A stretch of DNA of 64,000 nucleotides from an uncultured Solirubrobacterales bacterium (GTDB lineage Bacteria > Actinomycetota > Thermoleophilia > Solirubrobacterales > Solirubrobacteraceae): the NCBI GenBank assembly GCA_963723175.1, contig CAVRPO010000008.1, forward strand, positions 155,921-219,920, written 5' to 3'. Every line of letters begins with the position of its first letter. The first letter of the stretch is position 1. This document shows positions 52,891 to 61,566 of the stretch, piece after piece. The notes below the pieces were generated by a model. It worked only from the letters and a program-made list of their open reading frames with translations. It made no database searches and was not told where the DNA came from. The translations under genes and the position numbers were made by a program.

Positions 52891-53910
52891 TGCGCGAATG
52901 CAGCACAGGCAGCGAACCGCACGCACGATGGGCTCCGCGAAGAGGTTGAACGGATCCTTGCCGAGGCCGGAAGGACAGACGAAGAGGAGGATGAGCGGTT
53001 CGGTGAAGCTCGCGGTGACGAGCTGCCGGCTGGACTCGCTACTCGTCGCTCAAGGATCGAGCGGTTGCGCCGCTGTCGGGAAGAACTGGAGGCCGAGCAG
53101 GCCCAGGTGCAAGCCGCTTATGAGGAGAAGCTGCAGTGGCGCTCAGAATGGGAGGCCGAGCACGCTCGCAAAGCTCGGTGGCCGCAGACCCGCCCCGCCT
53201 GATCCACAGGCGTTTCCCAAGCGGGGGATCAACACGACCGACCCGGACTCTCGGGTTATCCCTCGCTCGGGCAAAGCTGCGATCCAAGGCTACGACGCGC
53301 AGCCGGTCGCTTGCGCCGGCCAGATCGTCCTCGTCACCGAGATCACTCAACAGACCAACGATTATGGGCAGCTGGGACCAATGATCGCCGCGACCACCGA
53401 GTCGCTGGCGCGCGCAGGCGTCACCGATCAGCTACAGGTAGTGCTCGCCTATGCCGGCTACTGGAGTTCCCCGCAGATCGCGACGCTCGGGGAAAAGGGT
53501 ATTCAGACGATCGTTCCGACGAAGGCCATTACACGCAGCACACCACGGGCGCGTCCCGCCAGAGAAGGTCCCGAGGCGCGACGGATCGAGGCGCTGCTCG
53601 ACACACCCGAGGGCGCCGCGCTCCACCGAAGACGACAACAAATCATCGAGTCCGTATTCGCCAACACCAAGTTCCTCAGACGCATCGACCGATTCCAACG
53701 CCGAGGACTACAGGCATGCCGAGCCGAATGGCGGCTTATCGCCGCCACACACAACCTCCTCAAGCTCTGGCGCGCCACCAGACCCGCGATACCAGCCTAA
53801 CGGGCCACCTGAGACGAGCACGGCCCACCCCGTCAACAGCAACAGCCACGCGAGATCACTCACAAGCCGCAGAACATCAGGTCGCCACCATCGCGTTTAC
53901 GCGGCAGCCT
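52888..53910 (+). mobile_element. IS1182-family transposase remnant (5'-truncated, frameshifted)
   Basis: DEEEDERFGEARGDELP; NTTDPDSR; IQGYDAQ; IIESVFANTK...RFQRRGL...EWRLIAATHNLLKL; ADAGY changed to AYAGY; end-like TTTACGCGGCAGCCTC near 53896. Confidence 0.85.
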
Positions 53911-53985
53911 CAAACAAGCCATGTGCAGGACGGGCCTTATGCGCCAGATCCCTTTAGATCCCGGTGCTTCATTCCCCGTGGATTC

Positions 53986-54011
53986 TGCCCACCTGGGGAC
54001 CCAGGTGGGCA
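53986..54011. repeat. Perfect 12-bp inverted repeat with 2-nt spacer
   Basis: TGCCCACCTGGG-GA-CCCAGGTGGGCA. Confidence 0.8.
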
Positions 54012-54048
54012 AAAGTCGAGCCACGCAACTCAACACAATCCCGCACCT

Positions 54049-54065
54049 TGATACCATTACGGTAT
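54049..54065 (+). promoter_or_regulatory. Extended -10 leaderless promoter with overlapping operator-like palindrome
   Basis: TG-A-TACCAT 6 nt before ATG 54064; ATACC-ATTAC-GGTAT inverted repeat. Confidence 0.5.
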
Positions 54066-54852
54066 GAGAAGCGGCGATATGATCCTGATGGCTCGTCGGC
54101 GCGCACATTTGACCCAACGCGAACTTGCGGAGCGGATCGAGTGCCGGCAGGCCACGATCGCGCGCTGGGAGCGCGGTGATCGTCAGCCCTCCCTTGAGGG
54201 CGTGCAGGCTGTTGCGCAGGCTTGTGGACTTCAACTCGACGCTCATCTTGCTCCGGAGGACCGCTCGTGGTGGCCACAGATTGCCATGCAGCTCGACCGC
54301 ACGCCGGTCCAGCGTGTGCGCCGGTTGACCCCGCCAGGAGCCTTCGATGTCGTCCCCCTCCTCAAGGGTGTGGCTGAGAATCGTGAGTCTGTGATTGTGA
54401 TCGGAGAGGTGGCTGGGGCGCTCCACGGTTGGCCGCTCGTGCTCGGTGGAGATACGGTTGAGGTCTGCGCGAGAGCCGATGGCGCAATGAGCACCATGCT
54501 CGACAGCCTGGAGGCTCGCAAGGCGGCGGTTGACGGGGCCTACGAGCTGCCCTTGGGAGTGGGAGTGCGACTGCTCGTCACGGAGATCCCGCAGGGCACG
54601 GCGGGTTTTGGCGATCTGGCGCGCGACGCCGATCCGGTCGAGATCGATAGTGGAGAGGTGCGTGTGGCCAGCTTGCGCGACCTTTTGCGAATCGCCGACG
54701 CTTCCCCATATCCGGACTCCCGACGCCACGCGCTGGCCTGCAGCGCGGTGCTCGACGTCCAGTATGCGAAGCGCGGAGTACGAGTGGCTGACAATCGCAG
54801 CGATGAGGAGAAGATCCAGGCATGGCTGGGCCGGCAGACCCCGGTGGCATAG
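54064..54852 (+). CDS. XRE-family HTH protein fused to a degenerate nucleotidyltransferase-like domain
   Basis: ARRRAHLTQRELAERIECRQATIARWERGDRQPS; C-terminal VIGEVAGALHG...GFGDLARDA...VASLRDL. Confidence 0.75.
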   Translation: MRSGDMILMARRRAHLTQRELAERIECRQATIARWERGDRQPSLEGVQAVAQACGLQLDAHLAPEDRSWWPQIAMQLDRTPVQRVRRLTPPGAFDVVPLLKGVAENRESVIVIGEVAGALHGWPLVLGGDTVEVCARADGAMSTMLDSLEARKAAVDGAYELPLGVGVRLLVTEIPQGTAGFGDLARDADPVEIDSGEVRVASLRDLLRIADASPYPDSRRHALACSAVLDVQYAKRGVRVADNRSDEEKIQAWLGRQTPVA

Positions 54853-55409
54853 ATCCTGGTAGGGAGGCGCTGCTCGGCGTGCTCGTGCGCCATCGTGTGG
54901 GGTTCGTCTTGATCGGTGGCGCGGCGATCCAATCTCACGGCCGCCGCTACGACACCCAGGACATCGATCTGACCCCGGACGCCGAGCCGGGTAACCTCGC
55001 CCGACTTGTCGATGCGCTCAACGAGCTCGATTGCCGGCTGATCACCGATCCGGCCGACACCAGCAGCTGGGTTGCGTTGCCATCGGACTACTTCACGGCT
55101 CGCGGCCTCCTCGTCGCGAGCGTGTGGAATCTCGCTACTCGTCACGGTCAGCTCGACCTGTGCTTCGCACCCGCCGGCTTCCCCGGCGGCTACAGTGACC
55201 TGGCGCCTCGCGCTACGCAGCGACCCGTCGCAGGAACTACGGTTGTCGTGTCCATCGCCGCGCTCGAAGATGTCCACGAGTCAAAGCGCCAGGCCGATCG
55301 ACCGAAGGACCGCGAGTATTTCCGCCAGGCGGAATCCAGTAGAGCTGACGGCTGTCGACGGCCTCAACGAGGACGTCAGGGAGAGTTGCTCCTGAGGGTG
55401 TCCTGCTGA
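54822..55409 (+). CDS. Nucleotidyltransferase (pol-beta superfamily, AbiEii/DUF6036-like)
   Basis: FVLIGGAAIQSHGRRYDTQDIDL; GQLDL; LEDVHESKRQADRPKD. Confidence 0.8.
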   Translation: MAGPADPGGIDPGREALLGVLVRHRVGFVLIGGAAIQSHGRRYDTQDIDLTPDAEPGNLARLVDALNELDCRLITDPADTSSWVALPSDYFTARGLLVASVWNLATRHGQLDLCFAPAGFPGGYSDLAPRATQRPVAGTTVVVSIAALEDVHESKRQADRPKDREYFRQAESSRADGCRRPQRGRQGELLLRVSC

Positions 55410-55503
55410 CCAAAGCACGAACTGCACCTCGATGAGCAGCCGTCTTTCACGACTATGACGTAAACGGCACGATGTAGCGTTTCGTCCAAGGGGTGCCGTA
55501 AGA

Positions 55504-55519
55504 TCGAACATATGTTCTT
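55504..55519 (+). promoter_or_regulatory. LexA/SOS box (Gram-positive/actinobacterial type)
   Basis: TCGAAC-ATAT-GTTCTT with perfect core palindrome GAACATATGTTC, abutting a TAAGAT -10 hexamer (55499-55504). Confidence 0.7.
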
Positions 55520-55599
55520 GCCAACCGCTCCCGAGGATGAGCGCGGCGACCTAGTCGCCTTGCCGATCCGTCCACCGATCGGCGTCGGGCTGCGATCCG

Positions 55600-56976
55600 A
55601 TGAGCCCGTCGTCTATCTCGCTTAGGCTCTGGTCAGTGGCTCAGTCAATATCATCCTCTAGCTCCGCACCTGCGGATGCCCTGGATGGGCTTCGGCCTTA
55701 CCAGCGCCAGGGTGTTCGCTTTCTCGAAGAGCGCCGCGCTGCACTCCTAGCCGACGAGATGGGGCTCGGAAAGACCGTGCAAGCCATAGTGGCGCTGAGG
55801 ACGGCGCTGGCCCAAACTGAGAGTCAGCGCGCTCTCGTTGTCGCGCCGGCTTCGCTGCGACTCAATTGGCTCAGGGAGTTCCGCACCTGGGCTCCAGAGC
55901 TTACGGTGCGGGTGGTTCAAGGTACCGCCCAGGACCGGCGCGCATACTATGTTCTCCCGATATCAGTGCTTATCACATCCTACGACCAGATCCGAGCGGA
56001 CGCGCACTCGCTACCGGCAGGCCTCAGCTTTGGGGTCACTCTCCTAGATGAGGCGCAACGAATCAAGAACGTGGACTCGTCCACCGCACTGGGCGTCCGA
56101 CTTCTTCCCCGTCAACGCGCGTGGGCTCTCACGGGCACTCCACTGGAAAACACGCCGGCCGATGTCGCGGCGATCTTCCAGTACCTCCGTCCCGGTACTG
56201 TCTCTGCTGGGATGAGTCGGTCTGAGATGATCGAGGCGGTGCAGGGGTTCATGCTGCGTCGTACAAAGGACGAAGTACTCGGCGAGCTTCCTCCGATTAT
56301 CGTTCAAGATATGCCACTCGATCTAGCTGGTCAGCAGCGCCAACAATATGAAGAGCTTTGGTCTCAGCGCCACGAACTCAGGGATCAGCCTACAGCTGAG
56401 GCGAGCAACTCGTTTGCGCTGATCACAAAACTCAAGCAGCTCTGCAATCTTGACACCCAGAGCGGCGAGTCGGTAAAGCTCGATGCCCTGCGCCTTGTAT
56501 GTGAGAATCTCGTGGGCGCGGAGGATAAGCTGCTTGTGTTCTCCCAATATGTCACCAGCCTTCGTTTTCTCCAGAAGAAGCTGAACATCCAAACGCTTCT
56601 TTACCACGGTGAGCTGACAGACCTCGAGAAGGACAGGGTGCTCGATGAATTCCGAAACCGTCCTGGGCCCCTCGCGTTGCTTATCTCGCTTCATGCTGGT
56701 GCCGTCGGTCTCAACCTCCAAGAGGCCTCGACAATTGTCTTGTTCGATCGCTGGTGGAACCCCGCTGTCGAGGATCAAGCGATCAACCGAGCCCACCGTT
56801 TTGGTCGGACCCGCCCGCTGCATGTATTCCGCTTTCTCATTACTGACTCAATTGAGCAACGGATAGAGGATGTACTCTCCGAAAAGCGAGAACTCTTTGA
56901 TGCTTATGTAAACCAGCCTGACTGGGAAGCCCATCTGAAAATCAGCCCTGATGAGCTAAACCGTATTCTTCGATAA
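55600..56976 (+). CDS. Minimal stand-alone SNF2-family ATPase/helicase
   Basis: LRPYQ; LLADEMGLGKTVQAI; LLDEAQRIKN; LTGTPLEN; LVFSQY; GAVGLNLQEAS...FDRWWNPAVEDQAINRAHRFG. Confidence 0.93.
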   Translation: MSPSSISLRLWSVAQSISSSSSAPADALDGLRPYQRQGVRFLEERRAALLADEMGLGKTVQAIVALRTALAQTESQRALVVAPASLRLNWLREFRTWAPELTVRVVQGTAQDRRAYYVLPISVLITSYDQIRADAHSLPAGLSFGVTLLDEAQRIKNVDSSTALGVRLLPRQRAWALTGTPLENTPADVAAIFQYLRPGTVSAGMSRSEMIEAVQGFMLRRTKDEVLGELPPIIVQDMPLDLAGQQRQQYEELWSQRHELRDQPTAEASNSFALITKLKQLCNLDTQSGESVKLDALRLVCENLVGAEDKLLVFSQYVTSLRFLQKKLNIQTLLYHGELTDLEKDRVLDEFRNRPGPLALLISLHAGAVGLNLQEASTIVLFDRWWNPAVEDQAINRAHRFGRTRPLHVFRFLITDSIEQRIEDVLSEKRELFDAYVNQPDWEAHLKISPDELNRILR

Positions 56977-56988
56977 GTGAGGTAAACG

Positions 56989-57804
56989 TTGGCGACCATC
57001 ATCGATTCACAGGATCTACCGCTCGATGCGTTGGTAATTGGGCTCGGCCAAATCCGCCTGCGAGAGGTGGCAGCTGGTATCGCTGAGCTCGCACAGAGCA
57101 TCGACAAGCAGGGGCTCCTCCAGCCGATAGTTGTGGGGCCGGCCGATGAGGCTGGAAAGTACGAGATCATCCTGGGTCAGCGTCGCTTTCTCGCCCACAA
57201 GGAACTCGGACGTGCCACAATCCGTGCCCAGATCTTGGACGAGCAAGTTGACGAGATCGACGCCAAGATCTTGTCGCTGACAGAGAACCTTATGCGCCGA
57301 GACATCAGTCGTCGGGACAAGATCGACGTATGCACGGCGTTGTACAAGAGGTATGGCACGATGAAGGATGTCGCCCAGGAAACCGGCCTCCCGTATGATC
57401 ACGTGCGCCAGTATGTGAAGTACGATCGCCTGGAGCCGGAGCTCAAGGAACTCGTCGACCGCGATGAGGTCCGCCTCGATGTCGCCCTCCGTGCACAAGA
57501 CGCGGCGAGCATCACCGAGTACACCGCCGAGGATGCGGTGAAGCTCGCGAAGGAGATGGCTGGCATGAGCCACGCCCAGCGTGACCGGCTCGCCCGTGAG
57601 CGTCAAGATCAGCCGACCAAGGCCGTCGATGACGTGATCGAGTCCGCAAAGGAGACTACTCGGGTCACCCAGGTGGTCGTTACCCTCGGAGCCCAGGCTC
57701 ATCAAGCGCTCCAGCAGTACGCCAAGGATGAGGGGTCTACGCAGGACGATGCCGCGGCTGGCCTAATCAACGAGGGGCTCCAGGGCCGTGGCTTCGAGCT
57801 GTGA
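56989..57804 (+). CDS. ParB/RepB/Spo0J family protein (orphan, no ParA)
   Basis: ELAQSIDKQGLLQPIVV...YEIILGQRRFLA...SLTENLMRRDIS; HTH TMKDVAQETGLPYDHVRQY; RHH-like C-terminus. Confidence 0.9.
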   Translation: MATIIDSQDLPLDALVIGLGQIRLREVAAGIAELAQSIDKQGLLQPIVVGPADEAGKYEIILGQRRFLAHKELGRATIRAQILDEQVDEIDAKILSLTENLMRRDISRRDKIDVCTALYKRYGTMKDVAQETGLPYDHVRQYVKYDRLEPELKELVDRDEVRLDVALRAQDAASITEYTAEDAVKLAKEMAGMSHAQRDRLARERQDQPTKAVDDVIESAKETTRVTQVVVTLGAQAHQALQQYAKDEGSTQDDAAAGLINEGLQGRGFEL

Positions 57805-58502
57805 CCATTGGGTTGACAGAGGAGGAGCGTCGCGATCTTCTCGTTTCGGTAGGCACGCATCGTGGGCAGCGCCGGCTCTCGCCGGTGGATGTTGCTCAAC
57901 TGTTCCAAAAGTCCATCGGTGCCGGAGCCAGTCTTTCTCAATGTGCGAGTGCTGCTGGTTTGGCGGGAACCGAGATGGTCAAGCGGTTTCTTCGGCTCCT
58001 CGATTTGCCAGCGTCGGTGCAAATGACCGTTTCGTGGGGCCGGTCAGACACTACGTTGCCATTCACTGCTGCCTCTGAGATCGCACGGCTGCCCGTGGAC
58101 CTGCAGGAGCCCACGGTTCGCGAGGCGCTCGCCCGTGGACTGTCCTCGAGCGAGATCAAGCAGGCGGTACAGCGAATAACACGAAGCGAGCTCCCCCCGC
58201 AGGTAGCCATCTCCGAGATATTCGCTCTGCGACCGGCGATCGAACGACGCTACGTCTTTATCGGTAGGCTCTCGAACCCCCAAATCGGTGATCGGATCGA
58301 AGATCTGGAACAGGACGACCGAGATAAGCTTCTGGCGGCTGCATTGCTGGGTTTGATCGGTGAGGCACGGGCCGCGACGCGCCTTACGCCAACGGGATTT
58401 GTAATCACCGGGAGCAAGGACATGGCTGACATGCTCCATGGCCTCGGAGATTTTGAGGCCACCATCTCTGTAGCCGTCGGCGAGCGACTCGGCCTGGCGT
58501 GA
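57801..58502 (+). CDS. Hypothetical protein resembling the ParB HTH/central domain without the CTPase domain
   Basis: RRLSPVDVAQLF...SLSQCASAAGL...VKRFLRLLDLPASVQ...AASEIARLP...GLSSSEIKQAV; GTGA overlaps at both ends. Confidence 0.7.
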   Translation: MTIGLTEEERRDLLVSVGTHRGQRRLSPVDVAQLFQKSIGAGASLSQCASAAGLAGTEMVKRFLRLLDLPASVQMTVSWGRSDTTLPFTAASEIARLPVDLQEPTVREALARGLSSSEIKQAVQRITRSELPPQVAISEIFALRPAIERRYVFIGRLSNPQIGDRIEDLEQDDRDKLLAAALLGLIGEARAATRLTPTGFVITGSKDMADMLHGLGDFEATISVAVGERLGLA

Positions 58503-59509
58503 GAAGCGAATACCCGTTGGATGTGGCAGCCTCGGGAGCGGTTCTACTCGGGCCGTCAATCTCGTGTGATGGTTTTCACTATGCGAGCGATGTCCGCGTG
58601 CAGACGCACATCCACGACGACCACATGATGGAGTTTGAGACCAGTAAGGGGAACCAATTGATCGTTACGAGCGACGCTACATACGCGCTGTTGGAGAATG
58701 ATCTCAACGCAGATATACCTTATCGCCAGAACATCAAGGTCCTTGAGCCTCCGGCCATCTTCAAGTATGAGGACATCGAGATCACATTGGTTTCCAGCGG
58801 ACATATGCTCGGTTCCGTACAGGTCGCGGTTACGTCACCCGGAGTGCCGTGCATCGGGTATTCGGGGGACTTCCAATGGCCGCTCGAGCAGGTGATCACA
58901 GTCGAGGCACTTGTCGTTGACAGCACATATGGGTCACCCGAGAGCCTGCGTCAATACTCACAAAGCGAAGCCGAGGAGCGCTTCTTGGAGCTGGTGATAG
59001 ACCGGCTCAGGTACGGTCCGGTGCATGTGTATGCACATCGCGGCACAATTCAACGGGCGCTCCAGATCTTGTCCGGAAATGTGACATGTCCACTACTCGG
59101 GAGTCCACGACTCTGCGCCGAGATCGAGGTCTACCGCCAGTTCGGTTACCCGATCGATGTCACGGCCACCAGTGCCGCAGAAGCGAGGCCAGATAAGTTC
59201 ATCACATTCTATGGCAAGGGCGACGGTAAGCCAATCGATCCTGTTGGCTCGACGATTTCGCTGAGTGCCTTCATGTCTAAAGCCGATGATCCGGTCCTTC
59301 GATATTCGGAGCACGCGTATCGCGTCGCGCTATCCAACCACGCCGACTTCGAGGGCACGCTTGAATATGTTCAGGCGACCGAAGCCCAGTATGTAGTCGC
59401 CGACAATACGCGTGGAAGAGGTGTGGAGCTTGCACAAGAGATCGCCTCACGTCTCGGCATCACAGCGCGTCCCTCGCTCGGGGAGGCTACCTATGAGTGG
59501 GGTGGGTAG
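58499..59509 (+). CDS. MBL-fold beta-CASP-type nuclease
   Basis: THIHDDHM; SGHMLGS; YSGDF; LVVDSTYG; LSNHADF. Confidence 0.88.
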   Translation: MRSEYPLDVAASGAVLLGPSISCDGFHYASDVRVQTHIHDDHMMEFETSKGNQLIVTSDATYALLENDLNADIPYRQNIKVLEPPAIFKYEDIEITLVSSGHMLGSVQVAVTSPGVPCIGYSGDFQWPLEQVITVEALVVDSTYGSPESLRQYSQSEAEERFLELVIDRLRYGPVHVYAHRGTIQRALQILSGNVTCPLLGSPRLCAEIEVYRQFGYPIDVTATSAAEARPDKFITFYGKGDGKPIDPVGSTISLSAFMSKADDPVLRYSEHAYRVALSNHADFEGTLEYVQATEAQYVVADNTRGRGVELAQEIASRLGITARPSLGEATYEWGG

Positions 59510-59581
59510 GGCTTAGGTGGATCAACTAGTCTGACGACGAGCGGTGCAACCGGAGGCAGGCGACAACCGCGCCTGCCTGCT

Positions 59582-61378
59582 CTACTCGACGACAAAGATC
59601 TTCTTTGCACGTTCAGCGTAGAACGTAAAGCGCTCGGCCACAGCGGCCTCATCCCACTTCTGTAGGTCGGCAATCGGTTTGGTGATAGCGAAGCGCGACT
59701 GAGCATAGATCGGACGCTTCTTGACAAACGGCTCGTTGCCAGCGAGCTGTCCATCGCGGTCGTCGAGGGGTGTCAGATTGCCGAGCTCGTGCTTAACCTC
59801 GGTGAGTTTAGAGTTTGGCTGCTGCGGGTTCTGCGGATACACATGCTCAATGTTTACTTGGTCGAGATCGTAGACACTGACCTTCGCGTTTGCCTTACGC
59901 TTCCCGACAGCACCATTTTGGAACCAGTCCTCGTAGTCATCGACCGTCGTCAAGAAGTGTTTGATCAGCTGGCGGCGCTGAGAGTTCCGTGTATAGTGAA
60001 GCTGGTAGCGCAAAAGTGGCACAAACACGTCGTTGGGCGCGTAGTTATTGGTTAGCTCCTTGAGCTTCTTACGCAGCTTGTTTTTATCGAGTTTTCCCGT
60101 GTTGCGCACCTTCACTGCGTGCTCGTAGTAGACGGTGGCGAGACGAGCCGCATTGGAATTGGTGACGTTGATATAACGAAAAACAAACGGCTCGATCATC
60201 AAGACGAGGTCTCGGAATGCTGTCTCATCGGGCTGGCGCGCGATAGCGAGGAGGAGCGGATGAGCGAGATTATGGCTGAGCGAGACGACGAGACGCTTCA
60301 GTCGGTCACGATTCCAGGCCCGTGTCCGCGAGCCATCGAATGGCCAGTCACCAGTGTATATCCGAAAGAACACCTCAGCCTCCTCGCGGAGGTTTGCGAT
60401 CTTCCGCCTTAGCTTTGTAGCCGCTTGGGCCGATTTGACTTCGTCAATCAGAAAGCGATCACGAAACTTGTCAAACATCTCCCCTGTCGGGGCCCTGCTA
60501 CCGACATACGACACGTAATAGGCTGCGAGGAAGCTGTTGACAAAGCGGTCACCGATTTTGAGGATAGTGTCCCAGTCGGTTTCGGCTGCCTGTTGTTGTT
60601 GTGGGTAGTTCTCGAGCACGGCGAGAGTATGCGTGCGTAGAAGCGCGCCCACCGACAACGGTTGACCTCGGTCGTTGAGCACGGTGAAAAGGCGGTATGC
60701 CTGTCCACGCTCCTCGGTATAGAGATGTACGAGGTAGCCATCTTCGAGAAGTGCGTGCTCGATCTCGACGAGACGCGACAGACAGCCAGCGAGATTAGCT
60801 ACCTCATCGAGCAACGTATCAAAGAGTTCCTCCCGGACGATCGCTCGCGCCGTCCAAAGGCGCCGATGTGACTGATCGTCGGTGCGCTTCGGCCCGGCCG
60901 CCACGTCGGCGAGAAGGTCGCTGAAGAACTGCCCGTCGCGCTTCGATAGTACGAGCAGGGGGCCGTTGTCGTCCTCAAGCCTCTTCTGGACGCGGCGTGC
61001 GTGCTTTCGGGACTCTTTTTCGAGGCCCACATCGCCGACCACCTTGGCCTTGCTAGCGAGGGTGGCCAGGCGATCGTAAAGCTCGTTAAGGCAGATCATC
61101 TCCGTTGCCAAGCGCTGCTGGCCGTTGACCACCTCGTAGTAGTGCTCAGACGTATGGAAGATCGAAATCAACGCTCCGAAGAAGTGGCGGCTACGTCCGC
61201 CCTCCACGCGTCGTTGGGCCAGTGCCAATACATCGCGCGCGAAATCACGTACCTCCTCAGTGTCCCAGTCGAATGCCCGCTGATAGCGGGGAACACGGAA
61301 CGGTGCGATGGAGAGCAGCCAGTCAAAATCATCCGACCGGGGATCGATGGGTTGTTCACGGCGCGCAGCCATCCGCAT
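59582..61378 (-). CDS. DUF262 + DUF1524/HNH protein (GmrSD/SspE-like)
   Basis: VPRYQRAFDW; HFFGALI; EVVNGQQRLAT; LFTVLNDRGQPL; NIEHVYPQN...LGNLTPL. Confidence 0.88.
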   Translation of the reverse strand: MRMAARREQPIDPRSDDFDWLLSIAPFRVPRYQRAFDWDTEEVRDFARDVLALAQRRVEGGRSRHFFGALISIFHTSEHYYEVVNGQQRLATEMICLNELYDRLATLASKAKVVGDVGLEKESRKHARRVQKRLEDDNGPLLVLSKRDGQFFSDLLADVAAGPKRTDDQSHRRLWTARAIVREELFDTLLDEVANLAGCLSRLVEIEHALLEDGYLVHLYTEERGQAYRLFTVLNDRGQPLSVGALLRTHTLAVLENYPQQQQAAETDWDTILKIGDRFVNSFLAAYYVSYVGSRAPTGEMFDKFRDRFLIDEVKSAQAATKLRRKIANLREEAEVFFRIYTGDWPFDGSRTRAWNRDRLKRLVVSLSHNLAHPLLLAIARQPDETAFRDLVLMIEPFVFRYINVTNSNAARLATVYYEHAVKVRNTGKLDKNKLRKKLKELTNNYAPNDVFVPLLRYQLHYTRNSQRRQLIKHFLTTVDDYEDWFQNGAVGKRKANAKVSVYDLDQVNIEHVYPQNPQQPNSKLTEVKHELGNLTPLDDRDGQLAGNEPFVKKRPIYAQSRFAITKPIADLQKWDEAAVAERFTFYAERAKKIFVVE

Positions 61379-61566
61379 ATCATGTCTCCTCAGGCGGCGG
61401 CTATTTCAGCGATCAACAACGAGTACCTCTGTCGCACGAACTCCATACAGCGCCGAGCGTTTGGCCGACCAATTCTATGAGGGATCCATCTGGCAGCGCG
61501 GATTGATGCGAGCCTTGGCCTCAATTCACGTCATGGCTCCCCTATATCGTCTCGCATGCGCGCGGA

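Noticed and set aside
56989-57804. ParB as evidence of a plasmid or chromosome partition locus
   Set aside because: No ParA, rep gene or canonical parS nearby; embedded in a helicase-nuclease operon
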